In this document: positions 13,844-25,600 of the stretch, piece by piece
Layout of the letters: every line of letters starts with the position of its first letter
Numbering within the stretch: position 1 is the first letter of the stretch
NCBI RefSeq assembly: GCF_009914755.1
Contig: NC_060942.1
Direction: 5' to 3' (one strand)
From: the human T2T-CHM13v2.0 reference genome, Homo sapiens
DNA length: 64,000 nt
Notes under the pieces: model-generated
Databases searched by the model: none
What the model was told of the DNA's origin: nothing
Seen by the model: the letters and a program-made list of their open reading frames with translations, nothing else
Made by a program: the position numbers and the translations under genes

Positions 13844-15914
13844 ATATCTTCATGTAAAATCGAGACAGAAGCATTCTCAGAAACAGCTTTGTGATGTCTG
13901 CATTCACGTCACAGAGTTGAACATTCGCTTTCATAGAGCAGGTTTGAAACATTCTTTCTGCAGTATCTGGATGTGGACAGTTGGAGCGCTTTGACGCTTA
14001 CGGTGCAAAAGGAAATATCTTCCCATAAAAATTAGACAGAAGCATTCTCACAAACTGGTTTGTGATGTATGTCCTCAGCTAACAGAGTTGAACATTTCTA
14101 TTTACAGAGCAGTTTTGAAAGACTCTATTGGAGAATCTGCAAGTGGATATTTGGAAAGCTTTAAGGATTCCATTGGAAACCGGAATATCTTCAGGTAAAA
14201 TCTCGACAAGGGCATTCTCAGAAACTTCTTTGTGATGTGTGTCCTCAAGTAACAGAGTACAACCTGTCTTTTGATACAGCAGTTTGGAAACACTCTTTCT
14301 GTAGAATCTACAAGTGGATATTTGGATAGCTGAAGCTATTTCGTTGGAAACGGGAATAGCTTCCTATAAACTCTAGACAGAAGCACTCTCAGAAACTACT
14401 TTGTGATATCTGTATTCAAGTCACAGAGTTGAATATTCCCTTTCTTAGAGCAGGTTTGAAACCGTCTTTTCGTGGAATCTGCAGGAGGATATTTGGATAG
14501 CTTTGGGGATTTCGTCGGAAACGGGATTACATATACAAAGTAGACAGCAGCATTCTCAGGAGCTGCTTTGTGATGTTTGCTTTTAAGTCACAGAGTTGAA
14601 CATTCCCTTTCAGAGAGCAGGTTTCAAACACTCTTTCTGTAGTATCTGGAAGAGGACGTTTCGAGCGCTTTCAGGCCTATGGTGAACAAGGAAATATCTT
14701 CCCATACAAACTTGACAGAAGCATTCTCACAAACTGGTTTGGGATGTATGTCCTCAGCTAACAGAGTACAACCTGTCTTTTGATACAGCAGTATTGAAAC
14801 ACACTTTCTGTAGAATCTGCAAGTGTATATTGGGATAGCTCTAACGATTTCGTTGGAAACGAGAATACTTTAGTATAAAATCTAGACACAGGCACTCTCA
14901 GAAACTGCTCTGTGATATGTGCATTCAAGTCACAGAGTTGAACATTCCCTTTATTAGAGCAGGTTTGAAACACTGTTTTTGTAGTATCTGGAAGTGGACA
15001 TTTGGAGCGCTTTGACGCCTTTGCTGAAAAAGGAAATATCTTCTCTTCAAAACTAGACAGAAGCATTCCCAGAAACTTCTTTGTGATGTGTGTCCTCAAC
15101 TAACAGAGTTCAACCTCTCTTATGATACAGAAGTTTGGAAACACTCTTTTTGTAGTATATGCAAGGGGATATTTGGATAGCTCGAAGTATTTCTTTGGAA
15201 ACGGGAATATCTTCATATAAAATCTAGACAGAAGCACTCTCAGAAACTACTTTGTGCTATCTGCATTCAAGTCACAGAGTTGAATATTCCCTTTCTTAGA
15301 GCAGGGTTGAAACCGTCTTTTCTTGGAATCTGCAGGTGGATATTTGGATAGCTTTCAGGATTTCTTTGGAAACGGGATTACATACACAGAGTAGACAGTA
15401 GCATTCTCAGAAGCTTCACTGTGATGTTTCCTTTTAAGTCACAGAGTTGAGCATTCCCTTTCATAGAGCAGGTTTGAAACACTCTTTCTGTAGTATCTGG
15501 AAGTGGACATTTCGAGGGCTTTCAGGCCTATGGTGAAAAAGGAAATATCTTCCCATAAAAACTAGACAGAATCATTCTCAGAAACTTATTTGTGATGTAT
15601 GTCCTCAACTAACGGAGTTGAACCTTTCTTTTGATACAGCAGTTTGGAAACACTCTTTTTGTAGAATCTGCAAGTGGATATTTGGATAACTTTGAAGATT
15701 TCGTTGGAAACGGGAATATCTTCATGTAAAATCGAGACAGAAGCATTCTCAGAAACAGCTTTGTGATGTCTGCATTCACGTCACAGAGTTGAACATTCGC
15801 TTTCATAGAGCAGGTTTGAAACACTCTTTCTGCAGTATCTGGATGTGGACACTTGGAGCGCTTTGACGCTTACGGTGCAAAAGGAAATATCTTCCCATAA
15901 AAACTAGACAGAAG

Positions 15915-18900
15915 CATTCTCACAAACTGGTTTGTGATGTGTGTCCTCAGCTAACAGAGTTGAACCTTTCTATTTACAGAGCTGTTTTGAAAGACTCTAT
16001 TGGAGAATCTGCAAGTGGATATTTGGAAAGCTTTAAGGATTTCATTGGAAACCGGAATATCTTCAGGTAAAATCTCGACAAGGGCATTCTCAGAAACTTC
16101 TTTGTGATGTGTGTCCTCAAGTAACAGAGTACAACCTGTCTTTTGATACAGCAGTTTGGAAACACTCTTTCTGTAGAATCTACAAGTGGATATTTGGATA
16201 GCTCAAGCTATTTCGTTGGAAACGGGAATAGCTTCATATAAACTCTAGACAGAAGCACTCTCAGAAACTACTTTTTGATATCTGTATTCAAGTCACAGAG
16301 TTGAATATTCCCTTTCTTAGAGCAGGTTTGAAACCGTCTTTTCGTGGAATCTGCAGGAGGATATTTGGATAGCTTTGGGGATTTCGTCGGAAACGGGATT
16401 ACATATACAAAGTAGACAGCAGCATTCTCAGAAGCTGCTTTGTGATGTTTGCTTTTAAGTCACAGAGTTGAACATTCCCTTTCAGAGAGCAGGTTTCAAA
16501 CACTCTTTCTGTAGTATCTGGAAGAGGACATTTCGAGCGCTTTCAGGCCTATGGTGAACAAGGAAATATCTTCCCATACAAACTTGACAGAAGCATTCTC
16601 ACAAACTGGTTTGGGATGTATGTCCTCAGCTAACAGAGTACAACCTGTCTTTTGATACAGCAGTATTGAAACACTCTTTCTGTAGAATCTGCAAGTGGAT
16701 ATTTGGATAGCTCTAACGATTTCGTTGGAAACGGGAATACTTTAGTATAAAATCTAGACAGAGGCACTCTCAGAAACTGCTCTGTGATATGTGCATTCAA
16801 GTCACAGAGTTGAACATTCCCTTTATTAAAGCAGGTTTGAAACACTGTTTTTGTAGTATCTGGAAGTGGACATTTGGAGCGCTTTGACGCCTTTGCTGAA
16901 AAAGGAAATATCTTCTCTTCAAAACTAGACAGAAGCATTCCCAGAAACTTCTTTGTGATGTGTGTCCTCAACTAACAGAGTTCAACCTCTCTTATGATAC
17001 AGAAGTTTGGAAACACTCTTTTTGTAGTATATGCAAGGGGATATTTGGATAGCTCGAAGTATTTCGTTGGAAACGGGAATATCTTCATATAAAATCTAGA
17101 CAGAAGCACTCTCAGAAACTACTTTGTGCTATCTGCATTCAAGTCACAGAGTTGAATATTCCCTTTCTTAGAGCAGGTTTGAAACCGTCTTTTCGTGGAA
17201 TCTGCAGGAGGATATTTGGATAGCTTTGGGGATTTCGTCGGAAACGGGATTACATATACAAAGCAGACAGCAGCATTCTCAGAAGCTGCTTTGTGATGTT
17301 TGCTTTTAAGTCACAGAGTTGAACATTCCCTTTCAGAGAGCAGGTTTCAAACACTCTTTCTGTAGTATCTGGAAGAGGACATTTCGAGCGCTTTCAGGCC
17401 TATGGTGAACAAGGAAATATCTTCCCATACAAACTTGACAGAAGCATTCTCACAAACTGGTTTGGGATGTATGTCCTCAGCTAACAGAGTACAACCTGTC
17501 TTTTGATACAGCAGTATTGAAACACTCTTTCTGTAGAATCTGCAAGTGGATATTTGGATAGCTCTAACGATTTCGTTGGAAACGGGAATACTTTAGTATA
17601 AAATCTAGACACAGGCACTCTCAGAAACTGCTCTGTGATATGTGCATTCAAGTCACAGAGTTGAACATTCCCTTTATTAGAGCAGGTTTGAAACACTGTT
17701 TTTGTAGTATCTGGAAGTGGACATTTGGAGCGCTTTGACGCCTTTGCTGAAAAAGGAAATATCTTCTCTTCAAAACTAGACAGAAGCATTCCCAGAAACT
17801 TCTTTGTGATGTGTGCCCTCAACTAACAGAGTTCAACCTCTCTTATGATACAGAAGTTTGGAAACACTCTTTTTGTAGTATATGCAAGGGGATATTTGGA
17901 TAGCTCGAAGTATTTCGTTGGAAACGGGAACATCTTCATATAAAATCTAGACAGAAGCACTCTCAGAAACTACTTTGTGCTATCTGCATTCAAGTCACAG
18001 AGTTGAATATTCCCTTTCTTAGAGCAGGTTTGAAACCGTCTTTTCTTGGAATCTGCAGGTGGATATTTGGATAGCTTTCAGGATTTCGTTGGAAACGGGA
18101 TTACATATACAAAGTAGACAGTAGCATTCTCAGAAGCTTCTCTGTGATGTTTGCATTTAAGTCACAGAGTTGAGCATTCCCTTTCATAGAGCAGGTTTGA
18201 AACACTCTTTCTGTAGTATCTGGAAGTGGACATTTCGAGGGCTTTCAGGCCTATGGTGAAAAAGGAAATATCTTCCCATAAAAACTAGACAGAATCATTC
18301 TCAGAAACTTATTTGTGAGGTATGTCCTCAACTAACGGAGTTGAACCTTTCTTTTGATACAGCAGTTTGGAAACACTCTTTTTGTAGAATCTGCAAGTGG
18401 ATATTTGGATAACTTTGAAGATTTCGTTGGAAACGGGAATATCTTCATGTAAAATCGAGACAGAAGCATTCTCAGAAACAGCTTTGTGATGTCTGCATTA
18501 ACGTCACAGAGTTGAACATTCGCTTTCATAGAGCAGGTTTGAAACACTCTTTCTGCAGTATCTGGATGTGGACACTTGGAGCGCTTTGACGCTTACGGTG
18601 CAAAAGGAAATATCTTCCCATAAAAACTAGACAGAAGCATTCTCACAAACTGGTTTGTGATGTGAGTCCTCAGCTAACAGAGTTGAACCTTTCTATTTAC
18701 AGAGCTGTTTTGAAAGACTCTATTGGAGAATCTGCAAGTGGATATTTGGAAAGCTTTAAGGATTTCATTGGAAACCGGAATATCTTCAGGTAAAATCTCG
18801 ACAAGGGCATTCTCAGAAACTTCTTTGTGATGTGTGTCCTCAAGTAACAGAGTACAACCTGTCTTTTGATACAGCAGTTTGGAAACACTCTTTCTGTAGA

Positions 18901-21357
18901 ATCTACAAGTGGATATTTGGATAGCTCAAGCTATTTCGTTGGAAACGGGAATAGCTTCATATAAACTCTAGACAGAAGCACTCTCAGAAACTACTTTGTG
19001 ATATCTGTATTCAAGTCACAGAGTTGAATATTCCCTTTCTTAGAGCAGGTTTGAAACCGTCTTTTCGTGGAATCTGCAGGAGGATATTTGGATAGCTTTG
19101 GGGATTTCGTCGGAAACGGGATTACATATACAAAGCAGACAGCAGCATTCTCAGAAGCTGCTTTGTGATGTTTGCTTTTAAGTCACAGAGTTGAACATTC
19201 CCTTTCAGAGAGCAGGTTTCAAACACTCTTTCTGTAGTATCTGGAAGAGGACATTTCGAGCGCTTTCAGGCCTATGGTGAACTAGGAAATATCTTCCCAT
19301 ACAAACTTGACAGAAGCATTCTCACAAACTGGTTTGGGATGTATGTCCTCAGCTAACAGAGTACAACCTGTCTTTTGATACAACAGTATTGAAACACTCT
19401 TTCTGTAGAATCTGCAAGTGGATATTTGGATAGCTCTAACGATTTCGTTGGAAACGGGAATACTTTAGTATAAAATCTACACACAGGCACTCTCAGAAAC
19501 TGCTCTGTGATATGTGCATTCAAGTCACAGAGTTGAACATTCCCTTTATTAGAGCAGGTTTGAAACACTGTTTTTGTAGTATCTGGAAGTGGACATTTGG
19601 AGCGCTTTGACGCCTTTGCTGAAAAAGGAAATATCTTCTCTTCAAAACTAGACAGAAGCATTCCCAGAAACTTCTTTGTGATGTGTGCCCTCAACTAACA
19701 GAGTTCAACCTCTCTTATGATACAGAAGTTTGGAAACACTCTTTTTGTAGTATATGCAAGGGGATATTTGGATAGCTCGAAGTATTTCGTTGGAAACGGG
19801 AATATCTTCATATAAAATCTAGACAGAAGCACTCTCCGAAACTACTTTGTGCTATCTGCATTCAAGTCACAGAGTTGAATATTCCCTTTCTTAGAGCAGG
19901 TTTGAAACCGTCTTTTCGTGGAATCTGCAGGAGGATATTTGGATAGCTTTGGGGATTTCGTCGGAAACGGGATTACATATACAAAGCAGACAGCAGCATT
20001 CTCAGAAGCTGCTTTGTGATGTTTGCTTTTAAGTCACAGAGTTGAACATTCCCTTTCAGAGAGCAGGATTCAAACACTCTTTCTGTAGTATCTGGAAGAG
20101 GACATTTCGAGCGCTTTCAGGCCTATGGTGAATAAGGAAATATCTTCCCATACAAACTTGACAGAAGCATTCTCACAAACTGGTTTGGGATGTATGTCCT
20201 CAGCTAACAGAGTACAACCTGTCTTTTGATACAGCAGTATTGCAACACACTTTCTGTAGAATCTGCAAGTGGATATTTGGATAGCTCTAACGATTTCGTT
20301 GGAAACGAGAATACTTTAGTATAAAATCTAGACACAGGCACTCTCAGAAACTGCTCTGTGATATGTGCATTCAAGTCACAGAGTTGAACATTCCCTTTAT
20401 TAGAGCAGGTTTGAAACACTCTTTTTGTAGTATCTGGAAGTGGACATTTGGAGCGCTTTGACGACTTTGCTGAAAAAGGAAATATCTTCTCTTCAAAACT
20501 AGACAGAAACATTCCCAGAAACTTCTTTGTGATGTGTGTCCTCAACTAACAGAGTTCAACCTCTCTTATGATACAGAAGTTTGGAAACACTCTTTCTGTA
20601 GAACATGCAAGGGGATATTTGGATAGCTCGAAGAATTTCGTTGGAAACGGGAATACCTTCATATAAAATCTAGACAGAAGCACTCTCAGAAACTACTTTG
20701 TGATAACTGCATTCAAGTCACAGTTGAATATTCCGTTTCTGAGAGCAGGTTTGAAACCGTCTTTTCTTGGAATCTGCAGGTGGATATTTGGATAGCTTTC
20801 AGGATTTCGTTGGAAATGGGATTCCATATTCAAAGTAGACAGTAGCATTCTCAGAAGCTTCTCTGTGATGTTTGACTTTAAGTCACAGAGTTGAACATTC
20901 CCTTCATAGAGGAGGTTTGAAACACTCTATCTGTAGCATCTGGAAGTGGACATTTGGAGCGCTTTCAGGCCTATGGTGAAAAAGGAAATATCTTCCCATA
21001 AAAACTAGACAGAAGCATTCTCAGAAACTTATTTGTGATGTGTGTTTTCAACTAACAGAGTTGAACGTTTCTTTTGATACAGCAGTTTGGAAACACACTT
21101 TCTGTAGAATCTGCAAGGGGATATTTGGATAACTTTGAAGATTTCGTTGGAAGCGGGAATATCTTCATGTAAAATCGAGACAGAAGCATTCTCAGAAACT
21201 GCTTTGTGATGTCTGCATTCCCGTCACAGAGTTGAACATTCGCTTTCATAGAGCAGGTTTGAAAGACTCTTTCTGTAGTATCTGGATGTGGACACTTGGA
21301 GCGCTTTGACGCTTACGGTGAAAAAGGAAATATCTTCCCATAAAAACTAGACAGAAG
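15915..21357 (+). repeat. Two tandem 16-mer HOR variants (2723 and 2720 bp)
   Basis: M1 starts at 15915, 18638 and 21358. Each unit carries an extra ~851 bp pentamer introduced through an M8/M3 fusion monomer (at 17107 and 19830). Confidence 0.92.
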
Positions 21358-22674
21358 CATTCTCACAAACTGGTTTGTGATGTATGTCCTCAACTAACAG
21401 AGTTGAACCTTTCTATTTACAGAGCAGTTTTGAAAGACTCTATTGGAGAATCTGCAAGTGCATGTTTGGAAAGCTTTAAGGATTTCATTGGAAACCGGAA
21501 TATCTTCAGGTAAAATCTCCACAAGGGCATTCTCAGAAACTTGTTTGTGTTGTGTGTCCTCAAGTAACAGAGTACAACCTGTCTTTTGATACAGCAGTTT
21601 GGAAACACTCTTTATGTAGAATCTGCAAGTGGATAGTTGGATAGCTCAAGCTATTTCGTTGGAAAGGGGAATATGTTCATATAAACTCTAGACAGAAGCA
21701 CTCTCAGAAACTACTTTGTGATATCTGTATTCAAGTCACAGAGTTGAATATTCCCTTTCTTAGAGCAGGTTTGAAACCGTCTTTTTGTGGAATCTGCAGG
21801 AGGATATTTGGATAGCTTTGAGGATTTCGTTGGAAATGGGATTACATGTACAAAGTAGACAGCAGCATTCTCAGAAGCTGCTGTGTGATGTTTGCTTTTA
21901 AGTCACAGAGTTGAATATTGCCTTTCATAGAGCAGGTTTCCAACACTCTTTCTGTAGTATCTGGAAGAGGACATTTCGAGCGCTTTCAGCCCTATGGTGT
22001 ACAAGGAAATATCTTCCCATAAAAACTTGACAGAAGCATTCTCACAAACTGGTTTGGGATGTATGTCCTCAGCTAACAGAGTACAACCTGTCTTTTGATA
22101 CAGCAGTATTGAAACACTCTTTCTGTAGAATCTGCAAGTGGATATTTGGATAGCTCTAACGATTTCGTTGGAAAGGGTAATATTTAATATAAAATCTAGA
22201 CAGAGGCACTCTCAGAAACTGCTTTGTGATATGTGCATTCAAGTCACAGAGTTGAACATTCCCTTTATTAGAGCAGGTTTGAAACACTCTTTTTGTAGTA
22301 TCTGGAAGTGGACATTTCGAGCGCTTTGACGCCTTTGGTGAAAAAGGAAATATCTTCCCTAAAAAACTACACAGAAGCATTCTCAGAAACTTGTTTGTGA
22401 TGTGTGTCCTCAACTAACAGAGTTCAACCTCTCTTATGATACAGAAGTTTGGAAACACTCTTTTTGTAGAATATGCCAGGGGTTATTTGGATAGCTTGAA
22501 GTATTTCGTTGGAAACCGGAATAACTTCATATAAAATCTAGACAGAAGCACTCTCAGAAACTACTTTGTGATATCTGCATTCAAGTCACAGAGTCGAACA
22601 TTCCCTTTCTTAGAGCAGGTTTGAAACCGTCTTTTCTTGGAATCTGCAGGCGGATATTTGGAAAGCTTTCAGGA

Positions 22675-25600
22675 ATTCCTTGGAAAGGGGATTACATATA
22701 CAAAGTAGACAGTAGCATTCTCAGAAGCTTCTCTGTGATGTTTGCTTTTAAGTCACAGAGTTGAGAATTCCCTTTCATAGAGCAGGTTTGAAACACTCTT
22801 TCTGTAGTATCTGGAAGTGGACATTTCGAGGGCTTTCAGGCCTATGGTGAAAAAGGAAATATCTTCCCATAAAAACTAGACAGAAGCATTCTCAGAAACT
22901 TATTTGTGAAATGTGTCCTCAAGTAACAGAGTTGAACCTTTCTTTTGGTACAGCAGTTTGGAAACACCCTTTTTGTAGAATCTGCAAGTGGATATTTGGA
23001 TAACTTTGAAGATTTCGTTGGAAACAGGAATATCTTCATGTGAAATCGAGACAGAAGCATTCTCAGAAACTGCTTTGTGATCTCTGCATTCACGTCACAG
23101 AGTTCAACATTCGCTTTCATAGAGCATGTTTGAAACACTCTTTCTGCAGTATCTGGATGTGGACACTTGGAGCGCTTTGACGCTTACGGTGCAAAAGGAA
23201 ATATCTTCCCATAAAAATTAGACAGAAGCATTCTCACAAACTGGTTTGTGATGTATGTCCTCAACTAACAGAGTTGAACCTTTCTATTTACAGAGCTGTT
23301 TTGAAAGACTCTATTGGAGAATCTGCAAGTGGATATTTGGAAAGCTTTAAGGATTTCATTGTAAACCGGAATATCTTCAGGTAAAATCTCGAAAACGGCA
23401 TTCTCAGAAACTTCTTTGTGATGTGTGTCCTCAAGTAACAGAGTACAACCAGTCTTTTGATACAGCAGTTTGGAAACACTCTTTCTGTAGAATCTGCAAG
23501 TGGGTATTTGGATAGCTCAAGCTATTTCGTTGGAAGCGGGAATAGCTTCATATAAACTCTAGACAGAAGCACTCTCAGAAACTACTTTGTGATATCTGTA
23601 TTCAAGTCACAGAGTTGAATATTCCCTTTCTTAGAGCAGGTTTGAAAGCGTCTTTTCGTGGAATCTGCAGGAGGATATTTGGATAGCTTTGGGGATTTCG
23701 TCGGAAACGGGATTACATATACAAAGTAGACAGCAGCATTCTCAGAAGCTGCTTTGTGATGTTTGCTTTTAAGTCACAGAGTTGAACATTCCCTTTCAGA
23801 GAGCAGGATTCAAACACTCTTTCTGTAGTATCTGGAAGAGGACATTTCGAGCGCTTTCAGGCCTATGGTGAACAAGGAAATATCTTCCCATACAAACTTG
23901 AGAGAAGCATTCTCACAAACTGGTTTGGGATGTATGTCCTCAGCTAACAGAGTACAACCTGTCTTTTGATACAGCAGTATTGAAACACACTTTCTGTAGA
24001 ATCTGCAAGTGGATATTTGGATAGCTCTAACGATTTCGTTGGAAACGAGAATACTTTAGTATAAAATCTAGACACAGGCACTCTCAGAAACTGCTCTGTG
24101 ATATGTGCATTCAAGTCACAGAGTTGAACATTCCCTTTATTAGAGCAGGTTTGAAACACTCTTTTTGTAGTATCTGGAAGTGGACATTTGGAGCGCTTTG
24201 ACGCCTTTGCTGAAAAAGGACATATCTTCTCTTCAAAACTAGACAGAAACATTCCCAGAAACTTCTTTGTGATGTGTGTCCTCAACTAACAGAGTTCAAC
24301 CTCTCTTATGATACAGAAGTTTGGAAACACTCTTTTTGTAGTATATGCAAGGGGATATTTGGATAGCTCGAAGTATTTCGTTGGAAACGGGAATATCTTC
24401 ATATAAAATCTAGACAGAAGCACTCTCAGAAACTACTTTGTGATATCTGCATTCAAGTCACAGAGTTGAATATTCCCTTTCTTAGAGCAGGGTTGAAACC
24501 GTCTTTTCTTGCAATCTGCAGGTTGATATTTGGATAGATTTCAGGATTTCGTTGGAAACGGGATTACATATACAAAGTAGACAGTAGCATTCTCAGAAGC
24601 TTCTCTGTGATGTTTGCTTTTAAGTCACAGAGTTGAGCATTCCCTTTCATAGAGCAGGTTTGAAACACTCTTTCTGTAGTATCTGGAAGTGGACATTTCG
24701 AGGGCTTTCAGGCCTATGGTGAAAAAGGAAATATCTTCCCCTAAAAACTAGACAGAAGCCTTCTCAGAAACTCATTTGTGATGTATGTCCTCAACTAACA
24801 GAGTTGAACCTTTCTTTTGATACAGCAGTTTGGAAACACTCTTTTTGTAGAATCTGCAAGTGGATATTTGGATAAATTTGAAGATTTCGTTGGAAACGGG
24901 AATATCTTCATGTAAAATCGAGACAGAAGCATTCTCAGAAACAGCTTTGTGATGTCTGCATTCACGTCACAGAGTTGAACATTCGCTTTCATAGAGCAGG
25001 TTTGAAACACTCTTTCTGCAGTATCTGGATGTGGACACTTGGAGCGCTTTGACGCTTACGGTGCAAAAGGAAATATCTTCCCATAAAAATTAGACAGAAG
25101 CATTCTCACAAACTGGTTTGTGATGTATGTCCTCAGCTAACAGAGTTGAACCTTTCTATTTACAGAGCTGTTTTGAAAGACTCTATTGGAGAATCTGCAA
25201 GTGGATATTTGGAAAGCTTTAAGGATTTCATTGTAAACCGGAATATCTTCAGGTAAAATCTCGACAAGGGCATTCTCAGAAACTTCTTTGTGATGTGTGT
25301 CCTCAAGTAACAGAGTACAACCAGTCTTTTGCTACAGCAGTTTGGAAACACTCTTTCTGTAGAATCTACAAGTGGATATTTGGATAGCTGAAGCTATTTC
25401 GTTGGAAACGGGAACAGCTTCATATAAACTCTAGACAGAAGCACTCGCAGAAACTACTTTGTGATATCTGTATTCAAGTCACAGAGTTGAATATTCCCTT
25501 TCTTAGAGCAGGTTTGAAAGCGTCTTTTCGTGGAATCTGCAGGAGGATATTTGGATAGCTTTGGGGATTTCGTCGGAAAAGGGATTACATATACAAAGTA

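Larger units (their letters stand above)
12171..14042 (+). repeat. Reference 11-mer HOR unit: M1(D1, dead box)-M2(D1)-M3(hybrid)-M4(D2)-M5(D1)-M6(D2)-M7(D1)-M8(hybrid)-M9(D2)-M10(D1)-M11(D2)
   Basis: Monomer starts are 12171, 12341, 12512, 12679, 12850, 13021, 13192, 13363, 13530, 13701 and 13872. Lengths are 170, 171, 167, 171, 171, 171, 171, 167, 171, 171 and 171, summing to 1872. Confidence 0.93.
2260..22316 (+). repeat. Large tandem duplication, copy 1
   Basis: Private variants recur downstream at +20415 (for ~2260-3240), +24159 (for ~3330-4700) and +22287 (for ~6670-22316). Confidence 0.88.
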
